Shown here: positions 26,532 through 36,075 of the stretch, one piece after another
Numbering within the stretch: the stretch's first letter is position 1
Layout of the letters: every line of letters starts with the position of its first letter
Source of the DNA: Bacilli bacterium
GTDB taxonomy: Bacteria; Bacillota_I; Bacilli_A; RFN20; CAG-288
Direction of reading: 5' to 3'
Assembly: GCA_022647725.1 (NCBI GenBank)
Contig: JALCLG010000001.1
Span: 1,069,535 to 1,133,534 of the forward strand
Length of the DNA stretch: 64,000 nucleotides
Program-made: the position numbers and the translations under genes
Notes under the pieces: model-generated
What the model saw: only the letters and a program-made list of their open reading frames with translations
Told to the model about the DNA's origin: nothing
The model's database searches: none

Positions 26532-29479
26532 TCTCAGTTGGCATCGATATCGGTTCTACCACCATCAAAGCCGTTGTTTTGGATGACAACGACCAGGTAA
26601 TCTATAAGTCGTACGAGCGTCACTTCTCCCGCATCAGCGAAAAACTGGCTGCCGTACTAAGTGAACTGGAGCAGGGTCCCCTCAAGGGGATGAAAGAAGT
26701 CTCCCTTTCCTTTACCGGCTCGGCCGGTATGGGCATTGCCGAAGGCTGCGGATTTCCTTTCTATCAGGAAGTCTATGCTACCCGGGAAACGACCAAAAAG
26801 TATTTTCCCAAGACCGACGGCATCATCGAACTCGGCGGTGAGGATGCCAAGATTCTTTTCCTGACCGATGGCGTCGAAGTCCGGATGAACGGAACCTGTG
26901 CCGGCGGCACCGGAGCTTTCATCGATCAGATGGCCTCGTTGCTCAATGTGCCGATTGAACAGATGAATGACTTGGCCAGCAAGCATGAACGGATCTATAC
27001 GATTGCCAGCCGCTGCGGTGTCTTTGCCAAAAGCGACGTCCAGCCTTTGCTGAATCAGGGTGCCAAGAAGGAAGACATCGCTGAATCCATTTTCTATGCC
27101 GTCGTCAATCAGACGATTGCCGGCCTTTCCCAAGGCCGGGAAATCAGCGGTAACGTCATGTATCTGGGCGGCCCGCTGACCTTCATGCCGGAACTGAGAA
27201 AAGCGTTTGATGAGACCTTGGGCGTGACCGGCGTCTTACCGGATAATTCCCTTTATTTTGTCGCCATCGGTGCCGCCTTACTTGCAAAGAAAGACAAGAA
27301 AGTCGATATCTACTCCATTCTGGATAAGGTCAGCCAGTACCGGAACAACGAGAACTTCTCCTATATCGATCCGCTCTTCAAGGATGAGAAGGAATATCAG
27401 GACTTCCTAGACCGGCACAACAAGGATCATGTCGACATCCTGCCGTTAGCCGATTACGAAGGCCCGCTTTATTTAGGCGTCGACAGCGGCTCCACGACCC
27501 TGAAGTCGGTGCTCATCGATAAAGACAAAAACATCCGTTACACCGCCTATATGTCGAATAAAGGCGACCCGATTGCCCTCTTGCAGCAGATGCTTCTGGA
27601 TATCTATTCCAAGAAGAATCCCAAGGCAACGATTTGCGGTGCCTCCTCGACCGGCTATGGCGAGGATCTGGCCCGCAACGCTTTCAGCTTCGATCACGGC
27701 ATCGTGGAGACAATGGCCCATTTCGAAGCCGCCAAGCATTTCCTTCCGGATGTCGAGTTCGTCATCGATATCGGCGGTCAGGATATCAAGTGCTTCCGTA
27801 TCAAGAAGGGTTTCATTGAGGATATCTTCCTCAACGAGGCCTGTTCCTCCGGCTGCGGATCGTTCCTGCAGACGTTTGCCAATGCTCTTGGCTATTCCAT
27901 TGAGGATTTCGCCAAGCTGGCTCTCTTTGCCAAGCGCCCGGTGAACTTAGGCTCCCGCTGCACCGTCTTCATGAACTCCTCGGTCAAGCAGGCCCAGAAG
28001 GATGGCGCGACCGTCAACGATATCTCGGCCGGCCTTTCCATTTCCGTCGTCAAGAATGCTCTGTATAAGGTCATCCGCTGCGGCAGCAAGGATGAATTGG
28101 GCAAGAAGATCGTCGTCCAGGGAGGCACCTTCCTCAACGATGCCGTCCTGCGGGCGTTTGAAAAGGAGCTGGGCGTCAATGTCATCCGTTCCAACATCGC
28201 CGGCCTGATGGGCGCCTATGGGGCTGCGCTCGATGCGATGGGTCTGGATCTTCCGATTTCCGGCATGCTGAGTGAAGACAAGCTGAAGACCTTCAAACGC
28301 AAGGTCAGCTCCGTCCAATGCCAGGGCTGTCAGAACCACTGCCGGCTGACGATCTCCGTCTTTGACGACAAGCGTGTCTTCATCGGCGGCAACCGCTGCG
28401 AGAAGCCAGTCACCAAAAAAGCCACGAATCTTTATCTTGATCTTTATGATTTCAAGGACAAGCTTCTTCGCTCGTATAACCACGAACATGATAATAGCAA
28501 CCGCTATCCGATGGGTAAGATTGGTTTACCGATGGGCCTGAATTTCTATGAGCTGGCTCCCTTCTGGTCCGTTTTCTTCACCGAACTTGGCTTCCAGGTC
28601 GTCTATTCCGACCCCAGCAGTGCCAAGCTTTACCGTTCCGGTCAGATGACCATTCCTTCCGATACCGTCTGCTATCCGGCAAAGCTCTTGCACGGACACG
28701 TCGTCAACCTCATTCAGAAAGGGGTGAAGACCATCTTCTATCCCTGCATGTCCTATAACGTCGAAGAGAGCGGCACCGATAACCACTACAACTGTCCGGT
28801 CGTGGCCTATTACTCCGAAGTCATCAAGAACAACGTCAAGCTCATCAACAAAGAGAAGGTTCTCTATATCAACGACTACGTCAACCTTTCGGAACGTTCC
28901 CATTTTGCCAGCAAGATCTACGACCATCTTTCCCAGTACTTCCCGACTCTGAAGCCCAGCCAGGTTCATCATGCAGCCGAGAAGGCTTATCAGGAATACT
29001 ACAAGTATGAGAAGATCATCCTGCAGAAGGGCAATCATATCATCGAGGAGGCCAGAGCCGAAGGCAAGACCATCATCGTTCTTTCCGGCCGTCCTTACCA
29101 TGTCGATCCGCTGATCAATCATGATATCGATAAGCTGATCTTAGGCTATAACTGCGCCATCGTCAGCGAGGATGTCATCGCCCGTCAGGAGAAGGATCCG
29201 GAACCCAGCCGGGTTCTCAATCAGTGGACCTATCATTCCCGGCTTTACAAAGCCGCCAATTATGTCGTCGGCCAGAAGGATATGCAGCTGCTGCAGCTGG
29301 TGTCTTTCGGCTGCGGCGTCGATGCCGTCACGGCCGATGAGGTCCGGGACATTCTGGAGCGTCATAACAAGATCTATACCCAGGTCAAGATCGATGAGGT
29401 CACCAACCTCGGTACGGTGAAGATCCGTCTCCGCTCGCTTCTGGAAGCTCTCCGGAAGAAGGAGGCCAACGAACAATGA
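26528..29479 (+). CDS. CoA-substrate-specific enzyme activase-like protein (two BadF/BadG/BcrA/BcrD-type ATPase domains; 2-hydroxyglutaryl-CoA dehydratase activase HgdC-like)
   Basis: The N-terminus ISVGIDIGSTTIKAVVLDD is the ASKHA ATPase phosphate-1 motif. It repeats at about residue 310 (LYLGVDSGSTTLKSVLID). A C-x2-C...C cluster (CQGCQNHC) is present. The protein is 983 aa. Confidence 0.8.
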   Translation: MISVGIDIGSTTIKAVVLDDNDQVIYKSYERHFSRISEKLAAVLSELEQGPLKGMKEVSLSFTGSAGMGIAEGCGFPFYQEVYATRETTKKYFPKTDGIIELGGEDAKILFLTDGVEVRMNGTCAGGTGAFIDQMASLLNVPIEQMNDLASKHERIYTIASRCGVFAKSDVQPLLNQGAKKEDIAESIFYAVVNQTIAGLSQGREISGNVMYLGGPLTFMPELRKAFDETLGVTGVLPDNSLYFVAIGAALLAKKDKKVDIYSILDKVSQYRNNENFSYIDPLFKDEKEYQDFLDRHNKDHVDILPLADYEGPLYLGVDSGSTTLKSVLIDKDKNIRYTAYMSNKGDPIALLQQMLLDIYSKKNPKATICGASSTGYGEDLARNAFSFDHGIVETMAHFEAAKHFLPDVEFVIDIGGQDIKCFRIKKGFIEDIFLNEACSSGCGSFLQTFANALGYSIEDFAKLALFAKRPVNLGSRCTVFMNSSVKQAQKDGATVNDISAGLSISVVKNALYKVIRCGSKDELGKKIVVQGGTFLNDAVLRAFEKELGVNVIRSNIAGLMGAYGAALDAMGLDLPISGMLSEDKLKTFKRKVSSVQCQGCQNHCRLTISVFDDKRVFIGGNRCEKPVTKKATNLYLDLYDFKDKLLRSYNHEHDNSNRYPMGKIGLPMGLNFYELAPFWSVFFTELGFQVVYSDPSSAKLYRSGQMTIPSDTVCYPAKLLHGHVVNLIQKGVKTIFYPCMSYNVEESGTDNHYNCPVVAYYSEVIKNNVKLINKEKVLYINDYVNLSERSHFASKIYDHLSQYFPTLKPSQVHHAAEKAYQEYYKYEKIILQKGNHIIEEARAEGKTIIVLSGRPYHVDPLINHDIDKLILGYNCAIVSEDVIARQEKDPEPSRVLNQWTYHSRLYKAANYVVGQKDMQLLQLVSFGCGVDAVTADEVRDILERHNKIYTQVKIDEVTNLGTVKIRLRSLLEALRKKEANEQ

Positions 29480-30813
29480 TCTACCATTTCCATTACTATC
29501 CGAAAGACAAGGACGGCTTCTACCGGGATAAAAACGGCCGGATTCTCTTCACCAAGGCAATGAAGAGGACCCATACCCTCCTTTTCCCGATGATGGCACC
29601 GATTCATTTCAGCATGCTGCAGCGGGTGCTCGAGCATTACGGCTACCATGCCGAACTGCTGACCGACAATTCGCCGGATATTGCCCAGACCGGCCTCAAG
29701 TACATTCAGAACGATATGTGCTATCCTGCCATCCTTTCCTGCGGACAGATGATCCATGCCCTGCAGACCGGGAAATACGACCTCAACAAGGTCTGCGTAC
29801 TGATTTCCCAGACCGGCGGCGGCTGCCGTGCCTCCAACTACATCTCCTTGCTCCGCAAAGGCCTGAAACGGGCGGGACTGGGAAACATCCCTGCCGTCAG
29901 TCTGAACCTGTCGGGACTGGAACCTAACCCTGGTCTTGAGATCACGTTAGGCCTCATCCGCCGGATGCTGGCCGGTGTCGTCTATGGCGATATGCTGATG
30001 GTGCTGAAAAACCAGGTTGAGCCTTATGAAGTCACGAAAGGCGAGACTGCCGCTTTAGTCAAACATTGGCAGGATGTCATCTGTGATCAGCTTATGTATA
30101 AGAATGGTTATAAGTTCTCCATCCTGGCTAAGAATCTCAACCAGATCAGCGATGATTTTGCCAAGATCAAGCAAGACGGAATACGGCGGGTCAAGGTGGG
30201 CATCGTCGGTGAGATCTACGTGAAATATGCCTCTCTTGGCAACAACAACCTCGAAGGCTTCTTACGGGACCAGGACTGCGAAGTCAATCTTCCGGGCATG
30301 ATGAACTTCATTCTCTTCAAGATCGATAACCGGATCGAGGACTGCAAGCTGTATGGCGGACATCATCTGAAGAAGATGGTCTGCGAGTGGCTTTTCGATT
30401 ACTCCACCAAGATTCAGAATGCCTTCAACAAAGCCATCAGCCGCAACGCCTGTTTTGAGGTGCCTCTGCCTTACAGCAAGGTCAAGGAACTCGACAGCGG
30501 CATCAACGGCTACGGCAATAAGATGGGCGAAGGCTGGCTCTTGACCGGCGAGATGCTGGAGCTTTGCCATTCCGGCTATGAGAATATCGTCTGTACCCAG
30601 CCTTTCGGCTGTCTGCCGAACCATATTTCCGGCAAGGGCATGATCCGCAAGATCCGGGAAGTCTGCCCCAACAGCAATATCGTGGCAGTCGACTATGATG
30701 CCGGTGCGCCGAAGGTCAATCAGGAGAACCGTATCAAGCTGATGCTCTCCTTGGCCAAGGAAAAACTCGAAGCTGACGAAGCCCTGCATAAGGACGTCCG
30801 CGAGACGAAATAA
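29476..30813 (+). CDS. DUF2229 (CoA_E_activ)-family protein, 2-hydroxyacyl-CoA dehydratase-related; partner of the activase
   Basis: The protein is 445 aa. MIYHFHYYPKD...DMCYPAIL is typical of the activase-associated domain. The start overlaps the upstream stop (ATGA). Confidence 0.65.
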   Translation: MIYHFHYYPKDKDGFYRDKNGRILFTKAMKRTHTLLFPMMAPIHFSMLQRVLEHYGYHAELLTDNSPDIAQTGLKYIQNDMCYPAILSCGQMIHALQTGKYDLNKVCVLISQTGGGCRASNYISLLRKGLKRAGLGNIPAVSLNLSGLEPNPGLEITLGLIRRMLAGVVYGDMLMVLKNQVEPYEVTKGETAALVKHWQDVICDQLMYKNGYKFSILAKNLNQISDDFAKIKQDGIRRVKVGIVGEIYVKYASLGNNNLEGFLRDQDCEVNLPGMMNFILFKIDNRIEDCKLYGGHHLKKMVCEWLFDYSTKIQNAFNKAISRNACFEVPLPYSKVKELDSGINGYGNKMGEGWLLTGEMLELCHSGYENIVCTQPFGCLPNHISGKGMIRKIREVCPNSNIVAVDYDAGAPKVNQENRIKLMLSLAKEKLEADEALHKDVRETK

Positions 30814-30827
30814 AAAGAGCTGACGCT

Positions 30828-31640
30828 CTAGAGGGTCAGCTCTGCCAATAAGTCTTTGACAAGATAGATCACCGTCACCTCCGTGACATCGCTGAGGCCG
30901 AAGTTTTTGTTGGCTCTGTCAATGCCGTCTTTGACGACCAGCTTGTAGCCGTCCAGGGAGAAGGCGTTGCGGCCGGTGGGGATCATCAGGCTCGTGCCAT
31001 AGGTGAAGAGACCGTTGGTCGGATCCTCGCCATCCGTCTTGATCAGCATCGGATCCGTCGTCTCCAAGGCCAGGAAGGAATGGAAGAGGCTTCTTAGATA
31101 GAGTAACGTCAGATTGAAGATGACTTCCTTGTTTTTGTTCAGGGAGACCAGCAATCTGCGGTCAATATCGGTCTGATTCCGGGTGGTGCTGTCGATGACG
31201 ACAATCGGATAAAGCGAAGCAATCAGGGTCGCAACATCGACTTTTTGGAGGGAGAAAAGGAAATCTTCCAGCACCAAGGATGCCTTGGTGATCTCATTGG
31301 CCAGATCCGTCTGGATATCCTGGGGTGCCTTCTCTAAGACCTTCCAGAAATAGGCTTTCAGGATTTCTTCGCCGTCTTTGGCTTTTTCCTTGCCTTTGGC
31401 TTTGCTGATGATGGCATGGGCAATCACGGAATAGAGATAATACCCAAGGCGGGAATTCTCATCGAGGTCGGTTGTCTTGTAATCCCCGAGATCAAAACGG
31501 CTGGAGACCGGATTTCCGTTGACAAAAAAACGGACATCGTCCGGACTCTGATGGGATAGAACCTTTTGAATCAATTCCTCGCGATTCATAGCAGGAATAT
31601 TATAACATAAGAGCAAAACCGGCAAAGACCCGAACATCAA
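30828..31640 (-). CDS. Hypothetical protein
   Basis: This is a 270-aa ORF, convergent with the activase operon. The likely start is MNREELIQ at an internal Met. I recognise no family for it. Confidence 0.35.
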   Translation of the reverse strand: MMFGSLPVLLLCYNIPAMNREELIQKVLSHQSPDDVRFFVNGNPVSSRFDLGDYKTTDLDENSRLGYYLYSVIAHAIISKAKGKEKAKDGEEILKAYFWKVLEKAPQDIQTDLANEITKASLVLEDFLFSLQKVDVATLIASLYPIVVIDSTTRNQTDIDRRLLVSLNKNKEVIFNLTLLYLRSLFHSFLALETTDPMLIKTDGEDPTNGLFTYGTSLMIPTGRNAFSLDGYKLVVKDGIDRANKNFGLSDVTEVTVIYLVKDLLAELTL

Positions 31641-31754
31641 CTATTTTTCACTGTTTTGGGTTCGCCTTTCCTGGCTGTTCGGCTGAAAAGAGAAGCGCTA
31701 GCCAAAGAAGTGACCTTTCCACGCTTCAAGCTAGGAAAAGGGAGCCTTCTAAGG

Positions 31755-31760
31755 TATAAT
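31755..31760 (+). promoter_or_regulatory. -10 element (TATAAT) upstream of guaA
   Basis: AAGGTATAAT lies 18 nt upstream of ATG 31779, and a GAGG RBS is at 31766..31769. Confidence 0.35.
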
Positions 31761-31778
31761 TTTACCGAGGCTAACAAA

Positions 31779-33320
31779 ATGATCTCAGAGAAAATCGTCG
31801 TTCTCGATTTCGGCGGTCAGTACAATCAGCTCATTGCCAGACGGGTCAGACAGTGCCATGTCTATTCCGAAGTGCTGCCTTACACCACGTCCTTGGAGAC
31901 CCTGAAGGATCCTGCCATCAAAGGCATCATCTTCACCGGCGGTCCTAATTCCGTCTATCTTCCGGAATCCCCGCATATTGATAAGGCTGTTTTCTCCTTA
32001 GGCAAGCCGATACTGGGTATCTGCTACGGAGCACAGCTCATCGGTTATACGCTGGGCGGCAAGGTCGAACATTGCCCCGCCAGCGAATATGGCAATACCG
32101 ATGTCACCCTGGTCCGCGATTCGCCACTGTTAAGACGTGTTTGTCAGAAGACCAGTGTCTTTATGTCGCATACTGATAAGGTGACCGTCCTTCCGCAGGG
32201 CTTTGTGACGACCTCGTCGTCTCAAAGCTGCGAGAATGCCTCCTTCGAGAATGAATCCGGAACCATCTTTGCCACTCAGTATCATCCGGAAGTCGAGCAT
32301 ACCCTGGAAGGCCAGAAGATCTTAGAGAACTTCGTCTATGACATCTGCCGCTGCTCGGCCAGCTGGCAGAGTGCTTCCTTCATCGACGAAAAAGTGGCGG
32401 AGATCAAAGCTCAGGTCGGCGATAAGAAGGTCATCTTAGGTTTATCCGGCGGCGTGGATTCCTCCGTGACGGCAGCCCTGATCTCCAAGGCTATCGGCAA
32501 GAATCTCTACTGCGTCTTTGTCGATCACGGCTTATTACGGAAGAATGAAGCCCAGGAAGTCGAAGAGGTCTTCGGACCCCATGGCGGCTTCGATCTCAAC
32601 TTCATTCCGGTCGATGCCAGTCAGCTCTTCTATTCCAAGCTGGCCGGTGTCACGGATCCGGAAGCAAAACGGAAGATCATCGGAGCAACCTTCTTGGAAG
32701 TCTTTGAGAAGGAGCAGGCCAAGATCACGGATGCCGATTTCCTGGCTCAGGGAACCATCTATCCGGACCGGATTGAATCCGGCTTAGGCATCTCGGCCAA
32801 GATCAAGTCACATCATAATGTCGGCGGACTTCCCAAGGACAGAACCTTCAAGGGTCTGGTCGAGCCGCTCAAGGATCTCTTCAAGGATGAAGTCAGACAG
32901 GTCGGAACATTGCTAGGCCTTCCGGATACGCTGGTCTACCGTCAGCCGTTCCCGGGCCCGGGCTTAGGAATCCGCATCATCGGCGAAGTGACGCCGGAGA
33001 AGATCAAGATCGTTCAGGATGCGGATGCCATCTTCCGCGCCGAAATCTATCAGGCAGGACTTTCCCGGAAGATTTCCCAGTACTTTGCGGCCTTAAGCAA
33101 CATGAAGAGCGTCGGCGTGATGGGCGACAGCCGCACCTATGACTACACGGTCGTCTTACGAGCCGTCCAGACGGACGACTTTATGACGGCCAAAGCCTAT
33201 CCGCTCAGCTATGATCTGGTGACCAAGATTGCGGATCGGATTGTCAACGAAGTCAAGGGCGTTAACCGGGTTGTCTACGATTTCACCAGCAAGCCGCCGT
33301 CAACGATTGAACTCGAATAA
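31779..33320 (+). CDS. guaA: GMP synthase (glutamine-hydrolysing)
   Basis: MISEKIVVLDFGGQYNQLIARRVR is the class-I GATase domain. The ATP-PPase loop is SGGVDSSV. The C-terminal GMP synthase dimerisation domain is present. The true start is 31779, inside the longer track ORF. Confidence 0.95.
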   Translation: MISEKIVVLDFGGQYNQLIARRVRQCHVYSEVLPYTTSLETLKDPAIKGIIFTGGPNSVYLPESPHIDKAVFSLGKPILGICYGAQLIGYTLGGKVEHCPASEYGNTDVTLVRDSPLLRRVCQKTSVFMSHTDKVTVLPQGFVTTSSSQSCENASFENESGTIFATQYHPEVEHTLEGQKILENFVYDICRCSASWQSASFIDEKVAEIKAQVGDKKVILGLSGGVDSSVTAALISKAIGKNLYCVFVDHGLLRKNEAQEVEEVFGPHGGFDLNFIPVDASQLFYSKLAGVTDPEAKRKIIGATFLEVFEKEQAKITDADFLAQGTIYPDRIESGLGISAKIKSHHNVGGLPKDRTFKGLVEPLKDLFKDEVRQVGTLLGLPDTLVYRQPFPGPGLGIRIIGEVTPEKIKIVQDADAIFRAEIYQAGLSRKISQYFAALSNMKSVGVMGDSRTYDYTVVLRAVQTDDFMTAKAYPLSYDLVTKIADRIVNEVKGVNRVVYDFTSKPPSTIELE

Positions 33321-33333
33321 GGATAAATCCGTT

Positions 33334-33365
33334 ATGGCTTGGTGGAAACGCCAAGCCATTTTTTA
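33334..33365 (+). terminator. Rho-independent terminator after guaA
   Basis: The hairpin ATGGCTTGGtggaaacgCCAAGCCAT is followed by TTTTTT. Confidence 0.65.
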
Positions 33366-33521
33366 TATAAAGCAAAAGAATGTTTTAAAGAGAAGCTTAT
33401 TATAGGGAACAAATTGTAATATGTTTTATGACTTTGTACCCTATATTTCTTGCCTTATTGAATAACAATTACTATAATTAGGGTGCAATTAATAGCAAAT
33501 AAGATAGGAGATGTACCCTAA

Positions 33522-34457
33522 ATGAACAATCTTGAAACAATTCGAAGCTTACTTAACGAGAAAGCTGCCTATGAGGCTAGATTACGCTTGCTTCCTTATG
33601 ATGGTTCTCCTGAAAAGAAGGAAATAGAAGGCAAACAGTATCTTTATGTGCGTAAACGTGAATTGGGGCGGAACACTTCCAAATATGTCGGACTTTACTC
33701 CGACGATCTTTTCCAGTTGCTTCTCAAAAACAATGCGGATCGGCGTAGCTATGAGAAACAAATACGGATCATCGATAAAAAGCTAGCTGAACTGGGTTAT
33801 TCTGATTCTGAACTTTCTCCGCGGGTAAAACAGAATATTGATTTTGCCCGTGCAAATCTGAAACCTCTCATCTATGACCAGGCCATCTTAGAGGGAGTTA
33901 CCACCACTTTTGCTCTTACCGATGCCATTATTGAAGGGGGAAGGGTGAAAGATATGTCAGTCAGGGATATCCAAAAGATTCTGAATCTGAAGCATGCCTG
34001 GGAGTTTATCCTGGATGAAGGTGTTTTGTCGGCTCCCAGCGATTATTATCTTCTATGCAATATTGCTAAATCTGTCAACGAAAATTTCTTTTCTGACGGC
34101 GGAATGATCCGCTCGGTTCCGGTGACAATCGGGGGCTCTTCCTATGTTCCTCCTATTCCTATGGAATCGGATGTCAAAGACACCATTCATTCTATTCTGG
34201 GATCCCAAGAGGATGGGGTTTCCGTTGCTATAGATCTTTGCCTCTATTGCATGAAAACACAGGTGTTTCCTGACGGCAATAAACGGGCTGCTGTTATTTT
34301 GGCGAATCATTATCTCATTGCCCATGGTTTGGGGATTATGGCCGTCAAGGATTCGGATGTTGATGAATTTAAGAAGGATTTGGTTGCCTATTATGAAGGA
34401 ACGGATGTCCAGTCTGTCAAAAAACTGCTGCATGACCGTGCCTTTCGAACCTTTTAA
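33522..34457 (+). CDS. Fic/Doc-family protein with a degenerate active-site motif
   Basis: The Fic core segment is AILEGVTTTFALTDAIIEGGRVKDMSVRDIQKILNLKHAW. The motif region QVFPDGNKRAAVILANHY resembles Doc-type HxFx(D/N)GNKR, but Gln replaces the catalytic His. The gene lies in an AT-rich islet. Confidence 0.55.
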   Translation: MNNLETIRSLLNEKAAYEARLRLLPYDGSPEKKEIEGKQYLYVRKRELGRNTSKYVGLYSDDLFQLLLKNNADRRSYEKQIRIIDKKLAELGYSDSELSPRVKQNIDFARANLKPLIYDQAILEGVTTTFALTDAIIEGGRVKDMSVRDIQKILNLKHAWEFILDEGVLSAPSDYYLLCNIAKSVNENFFSDGGMIRSVPVTIGGSSYVPPIPMESDVKDTIHSILGSQEDGVSVAIDLCLYCMKTQVFPDGNKRAAVILANHYLIAHGLGIMAVKDSDVDEFKKDLVAYYEGTDVQSVKKLLHDRAFRTF

Positions 34458-34487
34458 AGCCGGAGAAGCTGACGCAAGGAATCGATG

Positions 34488-34715
34488 TCACTGTAGGGAA
34501 TGTTTTGAGCATATAAAATAATTCGTGCGATACTTTTCCCAATCACTCATTTGTTTCTTGCTATGAGATAGTTTTTCGATAATTTCAAGCCTGTTGGATA
34601 ACTGGAGGCTTTTGCGTAGTTTCTTATTCTTTCTTTGAGACTCATTGCCTTGGATGTCATAGTAAGACCTCAAAATACCTTGCAAGGATTGTTGAAACAT
34701 GGAATTTTTAGGCAA
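34488..34715 (-). pseudogene. Remnant of the N-terminus of an AbiEii-like nucleotidyltransferase (truncated after about 75 aa)
   Basis: LRKSLQLSNRLEIIEKLSHSKKQ resembles the conserved AbiEii N-terminal helix (LQL..ERFLERLS.S.YK). It overlaps the upstream abiEi remnant by 8 nt in the same way that the intact pair overlaps. There is a stop after 75 codons. Confidence 0.3.
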
Positions 34716-35214
34716 AATCAGAAAGTTTCGCCATATCCTTGTCTTTTCCGGAAATATAATTCTTCAGGGCTGAAGCAACCGCTTTGGTATCTAAGCGATT
34801 CCGGCTTCGCACCCTATCGCAGAGAGTTCTTTCAGGATCGTAACAGCGGACCTCATTTCCAAAAGTGTTCTTTCGTGTCGTTAAGCCAATGGCATAGAGA
34901 TCTGGCTGGATATAGTAGCACTGGCATTTCCTGGCAAGTCTTTTTGGCAGGGAAGCATTGCTAGGAATGGTTAAGAAATGGATAAAAGGTGTTCGATTGG
35001 ATAAGCCATTTAAAAACAAGGCGGTTTCGTGAGAGAAAACGATCTTTGAGGAGCTTAACATTAAGGTCAGCATATCGTCTTCTACTTTGTTTGGAAGAAC
35101 ATATACTCCTTGGTGAGACCGACACAGCAAACCCTCTTTAACATATTTTGAGAGAAGCATTCTCGAAAAGCCAAGAGAAATGGCCTCTTTTGTTGTAATA
35201 ACATTGTTATTTTT
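34708..35214 (-). pseudogene. N-terminally truncated AbiEi-like antitoxin or regulator (decayed second copy)
   Basis: The frame encodes NNVITTKEAISLGFSRMLLSKYVKEGLLCRSHQGVYVLPN (the AbiEi_4 HTH) and then ...VFSHETALFLNGLS...VRCYDPERTLCD, which is homologous to gene 35455..36075. An in-frame TAG about 18 codons before the first Met leaves no start for the HTH region. Confidence 0.5.
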
Positions 35215-35454
35215 CTAGATGGCAGCGTATAACCTGGAATTCAAAACCATTTTCTTTAACCCTTAGTTTACAAATGTATCGATATTATTGTCTAAATCAA
35301 TATGGATGTAAACTTAACCGTCTTTTCTTTTTGCCTCCCATTCGACCTCCTGATCACTGCCAATGACTTCGAAAAACAATCGAACATCAAAAATGCGAAG
35401 GGGGTGATTGCAATCCTTATACTTGCAAATGCACAGCACTTATTATAAAATGAA

Positions 35455-36075
35455 GTGCAAATGAAAGAAACGACCTATTACGATAAGATTAACAAAATCT
35501 TCAAAACCAGGGGACACTCCATTTCTCGGACCGAGATTGACCATGCCAACATTCCCTCTTGGTTCCTTTATGATTTCGTAAAAAGGAATAACCTGACCAA
35601 ACTAGCACCTGGTTTTTATACCTCCCCGCTTTATCAGGAAGATGACTGGTTTCTTCTTCAGCAGCGATATCCCAAGTTTGTCTTTTCAGGAATGTGTGCG
35701 TTATATCTGCTTCAACTCACAGACAAAATCCCTGACGTGATGACAGTCACCGCCCCACGGGGTTACCATCCTTCTCGGAAGAAGATTGATAATCTTTCAA
35801 TTCGCTATGAAACGAACTCTGAGATTTATTCTTTTGGCATAATTGAGAAAGAAACTCTTTTTGGGAACAAAGTCAGGGTGTACAGCCTAGAGAAGACTAT
35901 CTGCGATTTGATCAAGAACAGAGATGCTTATGATTCTGAGACTTTTATCAAAGCCCTTCGGATCTATGCGAAGAGACCTGATAAAGACGATGTTGCACTC
36001 TACCAATATGCTAGGCGCATAAAGATTGAGCTTCAGGTTTTTGAACTGATGGAAGTTATCCTCAATGAGAATTAA
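35455..36075 (+). CDS. AbiEi-family antitoxin or transcriptional regulator (type IV TA, abortive-infection AbiE system)
   Basis: The protein is 206 aa. It has an N-terminal winged HTH and a C-terminal segment VFSGMCALYLLQLTD...NKVRVYSLEKTICDLIKNRD typical of AbiEi. It overlaps the downstream gene by 11 nt. Confidence 0.7.
   Translation: MQMKETTYYDKINKIFKTRGHSISRTEIDHANIPSWFLYDFVKRNNLTKLAPGFYTSPLYQEDDWFLLQQRYPKFVFSGMCALYLLQLTDKIPDVMTVTAPRGYHPSRKKIDNLSIRYETNSEIYSFGIIEKETLFGNKVRVYSLEKTICDLIKNRDAYDSETFIKALRIYAKRPDKDDVALYQYARRIKIELQVFELMEVILNEN

Noticed and set aside
29470-29480. The activase/DUF2229 split interpreted as a frameshifted single gene (pseudogene)
   Set aside because: The junction is a clean ATGA stop/start overlap with the downstream ATG in a good context. 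Two-gene arrangements of these domains are common, so I kept them as separate coupled CDSs.
31641-31778. Possible purine riboswitch upstream of guaA
   Set aside because: None of the conserved purine-riboswitch blocks (UAUA...GGGA...UGGCCC...ACCGUAAAU) are present in the leader. Only a -10 element and an RBS are visible.
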